Shown here: in pieces, positions 37,146-49,815 of the stretch | Position numbering within the stretch: position 1 is the first letter of the stretch | How the letters are laid out: every line of letters starts with the position of its first letter | Assembly: GCA_013265495.1 (NCBI GenBank) | Contig: MU057801.1 | Span: forward strand, 930,001 to 994,000 | DNA from: Vicugna vicugna | Lineage: Eukaryota | Direction of reading: 5' to 3' | DNA length: 64,000 bases | Program-made: the position numbers and the translations under genes | Notes under the pieces: model-generated | The model's database searches: none | What the model was told of the DNA's origin: nothing | Seen by the model: the letters and a program-made list of their open reading frames with translations, nothing else

Positions 37146-37446
37146 GAAACTTTTCTATAAAAGTGTGACATTACATCAAAATTAAAAATTAAAAGAAAAA
37201 TGTTTTGTACCATAATTACTTGGTAATGAAAGGACTTGGGGTGGGGGGAGTCTTACCTTCTTAAGCTGAGCTAATGAACCAAGAAATAGACCCTGAGGAC
37301 CCAAGCAGAGCTAGTGACTTGAGTTCAGTGCTTCGATTCATTCACTCAAAAAATATTTATCAAGCCCCACTTCTAATAAGTTAATATTAAGTCAAATACG
37401 GGGAAATATGCGCTGCTGTCCTTTCCATGTAAAAGTGAACTGCTCT

Positions 37447-37649
37447 GGGGAGAGGGTAGAGCTCAGTGGCAGAGTGTATGCTAAGCATGCACGAGGTCCT
37501 GGGTTCAATCCCTGGTACCTCTGTTCAAGAATAAAGAAACAAACCTAATTACCTCCTCTCCAACCCCCCCCCCCCCAAAAAAAAAAAAAAAAAAAAAACC
37601 TAATTACCCCCCCCCCCACCCCCCCCCCCCCGAAAAATAATAAAAAATA
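37447..37649 (+). mobile_element. tRNA-Ala-derived SINE (vic-1-like) with duplicated tail
   Basis: agctcagtggcagagtgtatgctaagcatgcacgaggtcctgggttcaatccc; TSD aaaagtgaactgct 37431-37444 / 37650-37663. Confidence 0.92.
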
Positions 37650-38869
37650 AAAAGTGAACTGCTTCTGAAGCTCTTTCCTGATGGGGATTGAAAATAACAG
37701 AGTCACAAGGGCAATCAGTGCACACAAGTGCCGAGGGCCAGGTGTATCTGTCCGAGTAAGACGCCACATTCAGCACTGCGGCTGTGGGTAGCGCCATCAT
37801 TTGGTAAAGCTTGTGGCGTTCGCTGTCACTGGCCATAATCCATCTAGTTTTGGCAGACGCTCACACAGGTGAATTCAGTGAGGAAACGATGGGGACCACC
37901 ACCCCAGCGCTATGAACTCTTGGAGAGTTGCTGCGATCCCTCCTGAGGTGCGTTCTGATTTACTGCCTCAGCCAGGACAGGGGAGGAATGGTTCCAGGGG
38001 CTTCCACTTGGTCTACCCTTCCACAGCATCCCAACCCACTTGACAGAGAACCCGTGTGAGGATTCTGCAGGCTGCCGAGGACCTCCATCCTGACCGTGCA
38101 TGTGAGGACCGGGAAGGGAGCCTCAGATGGGCACGAGGACTCACTGGTAACGCCGTTAGACGGACGCGGGCTAGAATTCAACTTGCCACCCGATCTGCAT
38201 AAACCCCCCAGGGTCGCAGGGCTTCTTTAGACCCCTTGGTGCACGTCGTCTCAGCTCTGTGCCACACAGCTCCCCGACGCTGGCGTGTTTCCTTTCTTCC
38301 AGCACACATTACTGTGGCAAATAGCCGATGCGGTCTAATCAACTGGGAACCAGGTAAGACACAGGAAAAGTCTGTCGAAGAATGTAGAGGAAGCTCAAAC
38401 ATTGCAGACCCATGGAAAGAACACACATGGACTTTGGATCCACGCGTATCCAGGTTGGACGCCTGTCCCACCACTTGTTGGCTGGGTGAGGCTCAGGATC
38501 GCCTGTAACGTGGGATTGTTAATGCTTACCTTGCAGGGACATTCCAAATAAATACACAGTGCAGAAGGGCACGGCACAGAGCAGGCTGTCATTAAATAAG
38601 TAGCTGTTTCTTTCAAGGTTACAAATGGAGTGTCCAATTGGCCATGGTTCATGGGGCCCATGAATGTGCACGCGGTACAGTCTTAACAACTAGGATTTTG
38701 AGAGCTTTCTGAGAATGGAACCGTGTCACCTGGAACTCTGGGGTAAAAGGACAATGAGAACCAGCATACAATAAAGACCGTGTGTCTTTGGGGCAATCAG
38801 ATTTTACCAAGGAGCAGGAATTTAGTCTGAGACAATATGGTAATGAAAACAAGGAGACAGATTTGTAGA

Positions 38870-39190
38870 CTGCCTTAGTTTGGATTCTGCAGGAACAGAG
38901 CCTGAGTAGGGCCTTGGGCGCTGTGGCTCATTTGGGAGGTGACTCCGAGACGGGAATGGGGAGAGTCTTACAGAGGAGGAAACTCTAGTAAAATGTGTGT
39001 TCAGATTGTGACCCCTGCGGGCTACTGAGGAGCAGTTCTGCTGGGAAATCATGTAAATTTTCCTTCTGTATTGTCCCTTCAAAAGACTAGATGTTGAGAA
39101 ATTTATCTTTTAACTCCTAACAGCCGCTGTTGGGGTTACCCCAGAGGCATTGGTTCCAGCCTGCTCGGGGGCATCCAGGGTTGCGTGAGC
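38870..39190 (-). mobile_element. LTR16/LTR33-like fragment
   Basis: tgccttagtttggattctgcaggaacagagcctgag..atttgggaggtgactcc. Confidence 0.55.
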
Positions 39191-40337
39191 TCCCGTGATG
39201 CTGAGAACCCTAACTGGACACGCAGAGCTTGTGACGGGGCCTTGGTGTGGGACACTGAAACGTGCTTGGGAGACACCTACCACAGCTAAAGTGAGAGGCA
39301 GGCCTTGGGCGTGTGGCTCAGGGCACAAAAAAGGCCCCCTACACACACTCTACTTCAAATTTCATTGTGGTTCCTTGGCTAAGTCACTGAGGTGTTTTGT
39401 TTTGTCTTTAATTGACCTTGGCTTACCCATCTGCAGTAGCCTCGCGGGAGACCATAATGATTTTGCATGCGTTACGTGGCATTCACTTCCAAGGACGCTG
39501 ACCCCAGACGTAGAGGTACAGCAAACAATTCCTGAGCATCTTTCTAACGCAGCGGCCTTTCCCGCGGCACAGGCACTGCACGCGGCAGGGAGTGGAGACA
39601 CGGGGGAGCAGGTCCAGCACAAATATCGGAAGCAAAACCCAGTGCATGGATTTGGAAGAGCGTCAAAGGACTTGGAGTCTACAAACAGCACTGCTGGCAG
39701 CGTGGGCGGCTATAATCCCGTGTCCATAAATTCCATTTTATTTTACGAGGAGCTGTGCCTACTTTCCTAAAGCTGGTGAGACGTCTCCTCACATTATACA
39801 AACACACTCCAAAGCTGACGTGAACATGCACTTGGCTCTGCCTCAGAGCTTCCCCGCGTTGGGCGGGTGCACGATGGAAACAGCTTTCCCTTAATGGGCG
39901 CTCGAGTGAATTGTAATCGCTCTTTGGTCGGGCTCCCACTCGAGGACGTGAGAGGGGTGTCCTGGCGGTTGGCTGTCAGCTTCTCGGTGACCCCACTGGT
40001 GTGGACATGACTCCAGGGTCCACTTGACTTTCTCAGGAGCCTGGGCCTGGGGGACGACCGTGGAGGACTGGCAGACAGAAGGGAGGCTGAAGCCTCCACA
40101 TCCGGCCAGGTTCCCCATAACCACCTGCCCCCTCAAAAACAGACAAAAGAAACAGCAACTTTTTTTATTGTAAAGTCCTTCTGAAGAAGCCGTTAAGACC
40201 ACTAGCTACTTTGGTATGGATGTTTGTAATTTAGAGGATGCTCTTTTTCTCAGGGTGGACTCTACAGCCAACGTCACGTGATGAGACTCAGCCTTCTTCC
40301 TCAGCTCATCTTCCTCCTCTTTAAAACTGGGAGACTA

Positions 40338-40850
40338 TATGTTAGGACTGCTTTGATTGCAGTGGACAGAAACCGAATGGGAACTGACTGAAATACAGGA
40401 GAACCTATCATAAGAGTCCTAGGCTGTTTTTCAGGAACAAGGTCCTCCCTGGAGAGCTGTGGGAGGAATAAACCTGGTCTCGGAGCAATAGCTCCAGGGA
40501 CACGCTCAGTCCCCGGAGGCTCGCTCCGTCTCCTGGAGATGCCCCTCTGCCTCCAAGTGCAACGTTCTCCTCTCCATATGTATGGTTTTACTTATTCTGA
40601 CTCTCTGGCCCAGGAGGTAAAACTGTACAGCCCTGGATAACTCCCCAGATTATGCCATGAAGCCCAGCCACCAAGAGAAGCACAGACACGTCAGCTCCAG
40701 AATTCCCTGAGAAAGACTCTAATTGGCTCACTTTGCCCCAGTCAGCTGTAGCCAGGATTCCAGTCACGGAGGAACCTGGTGGGTCCCTCTAAACCGCAGC
40801 GAGGGTAGGGAGAGTCCTCAGAGGAAAGGAGGTCGTAGGCTGCCAAACTG
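40338..40850 (-). mobile_element. Old MLT1 LTR
   Basis: gttaggactgctttgattgcagtggacagaaacc..gagaaagactctaattggctca. Confidence 0.5.
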
Positions 40851-41333
40851 TAATTCTCTCTCACCAAGGGGTTGAACCCGTGCTTCCTAAGGGTCCTTCC
40901 AGCATTAATAGCCCACTCTGCATTCTCTGCTTGATGTAAACAGACTCTCAGTTCAAGGGAGCCCATGACTGTGTATTTTCAAAACATAGGTGGGAATCTG
41001 CTCCAGCCAAGAGCTGAACCCGCTGTAACAGAGACGGAAGCATCCCCAGTTAACAGTCCTGCCAAGTCCCCCGTCCCCAGGCCTTTTGTTGTGGGAGCCA
41101 TTACACGTCTTGGCTTGGGCACACTGTGATACCCAGCTGAACATCCTGCCATCTGTAGCATGAGGAGTTGCTCAGGGTAACACAGAAGAAGAGATACATC
41201 CAAATAGATCATGTGAATGGGGTTTTCTAAAACTCCAAGGACATCATCAAACCAGTTGCCTAGTGAGGAATCCTGCCACAAGGAATCAAGCATTTCTCAT
41301 GTCAGATTTTGATTATCCTAGCAAATGTCCTTA

Positions 41334-41790
41334 CTGTATTAGGGTAAGCCAACTGCTGCAACAAACACACTCCAAAAATATATTAGGACTGAGATGCAAG
41401 GGGAAATTATTTCTAATTCACATGGGGACAGGCGGACACCTGCACTCCATAGGGGACTGGCGGACACCTGCACTCCATGGCATAGTTTAAGGCTTGAGTT
41501 CCTCCCATCTGTGGCTCCTTTCAAGTCCTCATCTGTTATTATTCAGTTGATGGCAAGAGAGAGAGAGAGCATGGTGGAAATGTCCCCATCTCTTAACAGC
41601 CTTAGCGCAGAAGTTGCACACCCAACTTCCACTCACATTCCATTGATGGGAGCTGGTCACATGCCCATGTTTGTTTGCAAGGAATGCTGGGAAATGTAGT
41701 CCCTTTGAGGGTAGCCTCTTCTCAACTTCAATAAAATCTCATGGGCAGAAAGTATTGATTTTGGTCAACAGCTACCTACCTCTGCCACAC
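41334..41790 (-). mobile_element. Old MLT1 LTR
   Basis: tgtattagggtaagccaactgctgcaacaaac..cttccactcacattccattg..ggtcacatgccc..tgctgggaaatgtagtc. Confidence 0.7.
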
Positions 41791-42507
41791 TTACAATGTA
41801 TATAAACCACCTACAAAATATACAGACCCTTCAAACTACGGACACATAAACAAGCCACAAGAAGAACTTGAAACAGAGAAGGAAAAAAAAAAGAACTCAA
41901 ACTTTAAAGTCCCTGCTTAGACATACTTAAGAATGAAGTTTTATTCACTTTCCAGTATGCATTTTTTAACAAAATTTAAAATAGCAGTTAGCCATTTTAA
42001 AGTGGTCTTGAGTAATATTCCTCTAAATATTCTCTGTATTCCTTCTGACTTTTCTTGTAGTGTAATCAAGTTCACTGTGATCTTAAAATAGGAAGAACAA
42101 TTATATCAATTTGCATTTTAAAAACAACAGCATGAGGATGTAATATTATTCTAAACATTCCTATGGCTATTATAGAAATAACAGGTCAATAGAAGACGTA
42201 TTTTAAAAGATCAAAAATACAATAAGACACTTTTCTTCACTGACCTAATTTATGTGTGTATGAACTAACTTGTTCTAAAATAAAGTAAGACTTTATTTTA
42301 CTAAGCTGCCCTTTTAAAAATTAGGCATGCGTTTTGACCAAGTCATTACACACTTGGTAATTAATCCTAAGGAAATAATCAAAAAAGCATGCCGGACCGC
42401 ACTGCTGGATGCTCAGCCCTACGGAATTGTTCGCCGTAGCAAACAGCAAAGCAAGTTTGCACTTGGTGCCCAAGAACAAGAAACAGGTTAAGTAAGAGGG
42501 ACGCGGC

Positions 42508-42626
42508 CAGTAAGGCGGCCCTGCGTCTCAGTTCACCCCCGCCGTCCCTGTGCTCTTGGAATTAGCACCTCCCTTTTACTTTCAAAAGCATCTCAGTTTA
42601 GATTACAAATGATATGGCCACCCTAA
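42508..42626. mobile_element. MER96B-like hAT MITE
   Basis: cccttttactttcaaaagcatctcagtttagattacaaatgatatggccaccctaa; degenerate terminal inverted repeat. Confidence 0.6.
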
Positions 42627-42719
42627 ATATAATGAAATCTACTGCATCCTAAAAATTCATGATGTATGAGGTGTATCATAAAAAGGTAAACTTTTTATAA
42701 TTTGTTGATATGTGTAAAA

Positions 42720-44455
42720 TGCAGTTTGCTATCTATAGGTTGAATGCAATTCCAGTTAAATTCTCAGCGAGTTATGCCATGGATAGTAACAAATCGACTC
42801 TACCATTTGGATGGAAAAACGAGGCCCAGAATAGCTAACGTAATAATGAGGAGGAAGAACAATGTTGGAGCACTATTACCACCCGATTTCAACACTTACT
42901 ATAAAGCTACAGTGATCAATATATTATGGCACTGGAGAAAGAATAGATGGATAGACCAACTGACTAGAATACAGACCCAGAAATAGAGCCACACATATAT
43001 AGTCAATGGTCTTTGATAAAGGAGCAAAGATAATCCAATGGACAAAGGACAAATCTTCAACAGACGATGCTGGAACCACTGGACATCCACATGCAGAAAA
43101 AATGACTCTAGACAGACAACTTATATCTCTCACCAAAATTAACTCAAAATGTATCATAGACTTAAATGGAAAATGCTACACTATAAAACTTTTAGAAGAC
43201 TACACAGGTGAAAATCTAGGTGACCTTGCATTTGGCAATGACTTCTTAGGTGCAACACCAAAAGTATGATTCCTGAAAGGAAAAGATGGTGTGTGAGACT
43301 CTATTAAAATTAAAAACTTCTGCTCTGCAAAAGACACTGTGAAGAGAATGAAAAGACAAGCCACAGACCAAAGGAAAATATTTTCAAAGCACATATCTGA
43401 TGAATGGCTTGCATCTAAAACATACAAAGAACCCTTAAAATTCAACACTAAGGAAACAAACCACTCAGTTAAGAAGTGGGCAAAAGTTCTAAACAGGTAC
43501 TTGACCAAAGAAGAAACACAGACGGCAAGTAAGTATTTGGAAAGGCACTCAACATCGTCTGTCATTAGGAAGCTGCAAATTTAAAACAATCAAATACCAC
43601 TACACACCTATTAGAATGAGCAAAATCCAATACACTGACAGCACCAAATCCTGGCAAAGATGTGGAGCAACGGGAACTCTCATTCATTGCTGGCGAGAAT
43701 GAAGAATGGTGCAGTCACCCTGGAAGACAGTTTAGAGATTTCTGACAACACTTAACATGGTCTTACCGTATGATCCAGCAATCTTGTGCCTTGGTATTTA
43801 CCCAAATTAGTTGAAAATGGTGTGCACACAAAAATCTGTATATAAATGTTTATGGAGGTATATATATAATTGCCAAAACTTGAAAGAATTTGCGATGCCC
43901 TTTGGTGGGTGAGTGGATAAGTAAGCTCTGATGTATCCAGACAGTGGAATATTATTCAGAATTGTTTTAATGTGCTAACAAGCCACAAAAAATATGGAGG
44001 AAACGTAAATGCATCTTGCTAAGAGAAAGAAGCCAAACTGAAAAGCTTATATGATATTCTGGAAAAGGCAAAACTACAGAGAAAGTTAAAAAAAATCAGC
44101 GGTTGTCAGTGACTCGAGGGGTGGGGGGACTAGCTGGAGCGTGGAGGATTTGTTAGGGCAGCGAAATTACTGTGTATGATGCTGTAACGGAGGACGTGTG
44201 ACATTACGCATTTGTCAAAGCCCGTGGAGCTGTGCAGCGCGGAGACTGTGCAGCACAAAAACTACAGAATTCAGTCAATAATGTATCAGTGTTGGCTATT
44301 GGCTCATCAGCTGTAGTAAATGGACCACATTAATGCTAGAGGTTCGTAACAGGAGAAGCTGTGGGGAAAGGGGCCATGTGGGAGCACCCTGTACTTTCTG
44401 CTCAATTTTTCTGTCCTCCTAAAATTGCTCTAAAGAGTAGTCTGTTAATTTTCAA
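42720..44455 (+). mobile_element. L1MC-like element: decayed ORF2 C-terminus plus 3' UTR
   Basis: ORF fragments LLPPDFNTYYKATVINILWHWRKNRWIDQ, VFDKGAKIIQWTKD and KRMKRQATDQRKIFSKHISD match L1 ORF2; 3' UTR cattacgcatttgtcaaa..ctgtactttctgctcaatttttctgt. Confidence 0.92.
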
Positions 44456-45434
44456 ATGCAGTTTTGTTGAACAATCTCATGTTCGTTAAAATATATATGA
44501 GCACGTGGGCTCAGAAAGGAATCTCTCGAGAATACGAATCGAAACGTGAACCATTGTCCTTGCAGGATGGAATCGGGGAGGTTTCCCACTGATCTGTAAT
44601 TTCTAATGTTTAGTATGTATTGCTTGAGTTACTTAAATACATATGAAAGAGGGGCGTTTCCTTGCCTTGAATATCAAGTTCTTGGCTCAAAGTGCTAAAT
44701 GCCAATAATGGATCTTATTAATGTGAGCCTACCACGTTCCAGGCGTAATGCGTGATTCAGTCTCTTTCAGGGGATTTCAGTTAGGACTTTTATGCCCATT
44801 GCCCAGGTGGGAAGCTGAGGCATTACCTATTTTGCTCAGTGTCATCTATGTTCCTGTGATTTTGAGAAAGGCGGGACAAGCACACCCTTCTCTCTTTCTT
44901 CGATGCTGCGCTGACAGCGTTATGGGCACAGGCACGTTCCCCGTCGTTCCAGACCTTCCACGTGCATGTGGGTCAGAGGGCTCCAGCTTGACCTGGGAGG
45001 AGAGTTGTTTTCTCTCCCCCAGCTCAAGACGAATGTCCTACAAACGTAACAGAAGACTGGGGCCAATCACAATCAAAGCTGGAGACTTCCTTACATTAGC
45101 ACCGAGCACTTAGCTGAATGCCAGTTTTCTGTCTAAAGGCGTGAAAAGCAAGTCGTTGTCCTAGAGCAATGCCTCGGCCGTGTCAGAGCAGCACTAACCC
45201 TGTGTTCTGATTTCGCATTTGCATCTGGAGCGAGCAGCCTTGTGGACAGCACCTTGTCAGAGGGGACAGGAAATTTCTGCTCCTGCTATTCGTGGCTTCC
45301 CTACATTATCTCTGGGAGGGGAAACGGGCTGGATTTGGTTTTTGTTTTCATTATTCACACACCAAGACTGATAAATATTTCATACCTATGTGTAAGGCTG
45401 TTTTGTGAAAATGTTACCTTAAAAATTAACTATT

Positions 45435-46049
45435 GGAGAAAACTGTCATTCGAAAAGACACCTGCACCCCAATGTTCACAGCAGCACTATTTACAATGGC
45501 CAAGACATGAAAACAACCTACATGTCCATCAACAGATGACTGGATAAAGAAGATGTGGGATATTTCTACAACGGAATACTACTCAGCCATAAAAAAGAAT
45601 GAAATCATGCCATTTGCAGCACCATGGATGAACCTAGAGATGATCATATTAAGTGAAGTAAGTCAGACAGAAAAAGACAAACATCATATCATATCACTTA
45701 CATGTGAAATCTAAAAAATGACAAAAATGAACTTATTTATAAAACAGAAACAGACACACAGACATGGAAAGCAAACTTACAGTTACCAAAGGGGAAGTAG
45801 GGGAGGGATAAATGAGGAGTCTGGGATTAGCAGATACTAAGTACTATATATAAAATAAACAACAAGGTCCTACTGTGCAGCACAGGGAACTGTATTCAAT
45901 AGCTTATAATAACCTATCATGAAAAAGAATCTGAAAAAGAATACATATATATATGTATAACTGAATCACTGTGCTGTATGCCAGAAACTAACACAAAATT
46001 GCAAATCAACTCTACATATATATATATGTATATAAATAAATAAATAAAA
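45435..46049 (+). mobile_element. Younger lineage L1 3' end, 5'-truncated
   Basis: cacctgcaccccaatgttcacagcagcactatttacaat..gactggataaagaagatgtgg..atgccatttgcagcaccatggatg; (aaat)n tail. Confidence 0.92.
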
Positions 46050-46134
46050 GTTACTTGTTGGCATGATTCTTGGGAAGCATATGGACTTTTCTGGTTCTTG
46101 AGGCCACACCACAGACAGCGCGTCTGGACCACTG

Positions 46135-46580
46135 CCTTGGGCTGCTTCTCCCAGAAGCAGGTCCCGAGATGAGGACTCAGGTACAAGCAGGTGAGCCTTT
46201 GGCAGGTGAGCCCTGGAAACACTAGCAGAGGGGTGGGCGGTGAGCCAGGAGGGGAAGGAGCCCGCACAGGGCAGCCCGTGGGACCCCTGGGGCTCTCGGT
46301 GGACAGGCCCCTGGGACTGAGTCACTGTGGGTTAGGACACAGCAAGCGCTGGGTACAGCATGTGGTACAGCAAGCGCTGGCTGCTCCCACACCCAGCTGA
46401 GGGTCACCACAGCCTCACCTGCCTTCCCCTCCACCTGCCGGTCACCCTGCATCTTGGTTTGGCTTCTCCCAGAAGTTAACCCCGAGACAAGGAGAGCACA
46501 GGGGAGGTGATACCAGGAAGCACGGGTGGGGTGGGGAGAAGTGAGGCAGGACAGGGACCACGGGTGATGCTCAGGTGTGT
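46135..46580 (-). mobile_element. Two adjacent LTR16/LTR33-like fragments
   Basis: cttgggctgcttctcccagaagcaggtcccgagatgagg (46136) and cttggtttggcttctcccagaagttaaccccgagacaagg (46453). Confidence 0.5.
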
Positions 46581-49249
46581 TCAGCCCACGGGAGCCTGCC
46601 GTGGAAGGCAGATGTCAAAGTCCTCGGCCCATTTAGGTGTTAGACAGCAGCGATGAGTCTCCGCAGCGTTCTCTGCTGCCTTATTCTTGGAGAAGGTGAT
46701 TTGTGACTTGGAGTAATGAACATCAGATTCTCCCGGACGCCACCTGCCCACAGCACGGCTCTCCCCACCTGCCGAGTGCTGAGCAGGGGTGGCTTTGGCC
46801 GTGGTGGGACTTGTGAGAACGTGGGCACATCTGCTTCCTGAGCACAGTGGTTTCCAGAAGCACAGGAGAGCACGGTCAGGCTCGGGGCTCCCATGTGGCC
46901 ACCATGTGGTCACCTTCTGGGCTGGAGGTGCTGCCCGAATTTCACTGGATGGAAGGCACAGTGTCTTCTCCTCCCAGAGATGGTTGAACAACATGCAGAG
47001 AGCCTGAGGCTGCAACCCTTCCTCCCATATGTCTCCCTCCTCCGCAAAACAAGCCGGGAACGGTGCCCGGCCAGGTCCTCCGGGTGGTCTCCCTTGGTGA
47101 ACTTGGGAGACTGGGTCCAGCAGCTCAGGTGGTGGCAGGCGGACCGCCTGCGTTTTCCTAAGTCAGACATCGCTCCGCCCGCGGGGACTCCTCAGAGGGC
47201 GCGTTCAGCGCCGCCCACCGACACGGGTGGGTTTCTGAACTACCTTCTGTGTGTTTAATCTCCAGCGCAGATGAAGAAACAGAGGCAGAGACAGAGATCG
47301 CTAGAGGGACCAACTGAAGGCTTTTTTATGAAAGGGGGTGGGGGGGGAAACAGACTTGAAAATTTACTAACATCTAATCCTGTTAAGACTTCCTCCACCA
47401 TATGCCGCACAGCGCACACTGGAAACGTGTGCTAATTACCCCTGCCGCATCATGTGTTACGCTTTATACGCAGCCCCTGACCTTTTCGTTAATAACTTTG
47501 CATTATATTCATTGACCTGAAACAAATTGAATTCGGTGGCACTCACTCAAGAATTGAATTACATAGGCTTCTTAATTGGTCTCTTATTTATTTAAATGTG
47601 AAAAAGTAACGGCTTGCCACCTGTACTATTTTCCCAACAAAGTAAAATTAGAATTCTACTGTTTTTCCCTAGCTAGATGATTTTTTTTCAGTCACCCAGC
47701 CATGAATACACATTAGGCGTGAAACTACAGTTCCAGTGTTATCTCCAAAGGGAATCTCATCCTTTTCTCTCTCATTGCCAAAGCCCTGAAAAAGATGATA
47801 CAGGAATGTGTTAATTCGAGGCGATCTATGTAAATCGGCTGGGCGAGGACGGCTTCTCCGGAAAGTGGTCCTCAGAATAGGCAGCACTCCGCCTCCATCG
47901 CCGATAGTTCTACTGTTGGACCCTCCCCAGCTCCTTGGAGTCTCCGTATGTGATTAAATATACCTCCGGGTGGCAAAATCAGGACCATTAAGACAGGAAT
48001 ATGTGTAGCATGTGAAGATATTTTCTGCTGCATTTGCTAGTTTTTAAGTCCTTGAGCTGCATTGTCTGTTGCCTGGAGGGGGGCCGATATCTAATTTCAG
48101 GAGTTTAGTGATGTGCTCGCATCCACGGTTTCACAGGCAGCAGATACCACCGGTAACATTGTTCTTAATACCACTCACTCATCTCTTTCCTCGGAGGATC
48201 CCTGCAAGCGATGGAAGAGATAGGAGCCGCTGGAAATTTTTGGTTTTGCTTTCTAATTCCAGTGTGAAATTAATTGTCCCAACTGCAAAGAACTACTTGC
48301 TCCTTTGCTTACTATATTTAACTTAAAAATGCAAATGTCATTAGTGGACTGATGGCAGATAAACGCGTCTCTCTGCCCGGCTTTAACCTCTATTAGTGAG
48401 GATTACGAGGACGCGGGCACACTGGCATTTTCTAAGTGTCACCGTGACAGCACTTGCTGCACAAATGCCTAGCTGTCACCGTGAGTTTTATCACGCGGTT
48501 TTCCCTCCGAATGTAGACTAATAAACCCAGAAATTACAATTGCCTCCCTGCCGAATCTGTGATAGGCGGAAATAATGATATCAGTGCCCGGCTAATCTTC
48601 TTGCCTCTGCGCTTGGTACTGTCCTATTGAGTCACCTGTCACACTCCGCTTTGATGAGACGAATTCAATCTCCCTGCTGTAATGACAATGGGGCCATTTT
48701 AATGTTTGGAAATGATTATGTGGAAGCTTCGCCGTGCTCCGTCCTGGCAAGCGAGCCGGGGCGCCGTGCACACCAGGAGAGCAGGCTCTGGCTGTCGGGC
48801 AGGTAGTGGAGATGCTGAGTTATTGGGAAAGATGCCTCATGAGCCTCCGAGGCTGGCCTTGCAGGAGGGAAGGTTGGGGAGGGTAAGAGGTGGGACCACT
48901 CTTGCAGAAGCATAGCCATTGGCTAACCTCACAGCTGTCTGCACAAATTTGTGTCTAGAAGGATTTCCCACAACCGTCTGTGTTGCTCAAGGAGGCAGGG
49001 ACGGCTGGAGCTTATAAATAATTACTGTCACACCACCAGCATTATTTGCTAGGCTGGGGCAGGGCAGTCAGAGATGGGTTGTGGAGCACTTCCCTAGGAC
49101 ATTAACCAAATCGAATTACTCCTACCCTAGGCCTCATTCTTTGAGAACAAAAGTACTTGCTCTTTGAGAGTAATTCTGCTGAAGAGCCAAAGAATCTAAC
49201 TTGGAAAATACCAGGTGTTAATGAGCTCTGGAGCAAGCAGAATCCTTAC

Positions 49250-49815
49250 CCACCACTGGTGTCAGTTTCTAACACCACCATGGAAAACCAGCAGTCTCTA
49301 CTAAAGCCAGATGTATACAAACCCAGCACCCTTACCCGTAGGTGGATACTCCACAGACATGCATGTGTGTGTTTAGCAAAGGACGTGAACTAGAACATTC
49401 ATGGTACCATCCTTCATGATAGAGCCCAGCTGAAGCCCATCTAATGCCCATCAGCAGTAGAATGGATAAACCAACTGGGAATTGATTTGCAGTGGAATAG
49501 TATACAGCCATCAAAATGATTAAACTACAACCATGTGGATGAAGCTCACAAACGTGATGCTGAATGAAAGAAGCCAAACTTACAAGGGTGAAAGTGTAAA
49601 GCAGAGGCGGGTAAAACTGCTCTACAGGATGAGAAGTTGAGACCGTGGTTATCTTGGTGGTGACAATGACTGGACGAGGACACAAGGGGAGCTTCTTGGG
49701 GCTGGTCACATTCTGATCCTTACTCTGGGTGCAGGCTACACTAGTGTATTTGGTTTCTGAAATTTCATTGATTTGTGTACTCTTCTGTATGTGCATTGTA
49801 CTTTGAAAGATTATC
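49250..49815 (+). mobile_element. L1ME-like 3' fragment
   Basis: atgcccatcagcagtagaatggataaa..ctcacaaacgtgatgctgaatgaaagaagcca..gggagcttcttggggctggtcacattctgatcctt. Confidence 0.8.

Noticed and set aside
37447..37525. tRNA-Ala-like sequence (also at the other four SINEs)
   Set aside because: Stem mismatches, shared non-tRNA tail, A-rich end and TSDs show these are SINEs, not tRNA genes
42744..43584. ORFs with real protein similarity
   Set aside because: Frameshifted, stop-interrupted L1 ORF2 remnants rather than a host gene
45230..45253. REST/RE1-like ggacagcacc
   Set aside because: Only the right half matches; the left half lacks CAGCACC
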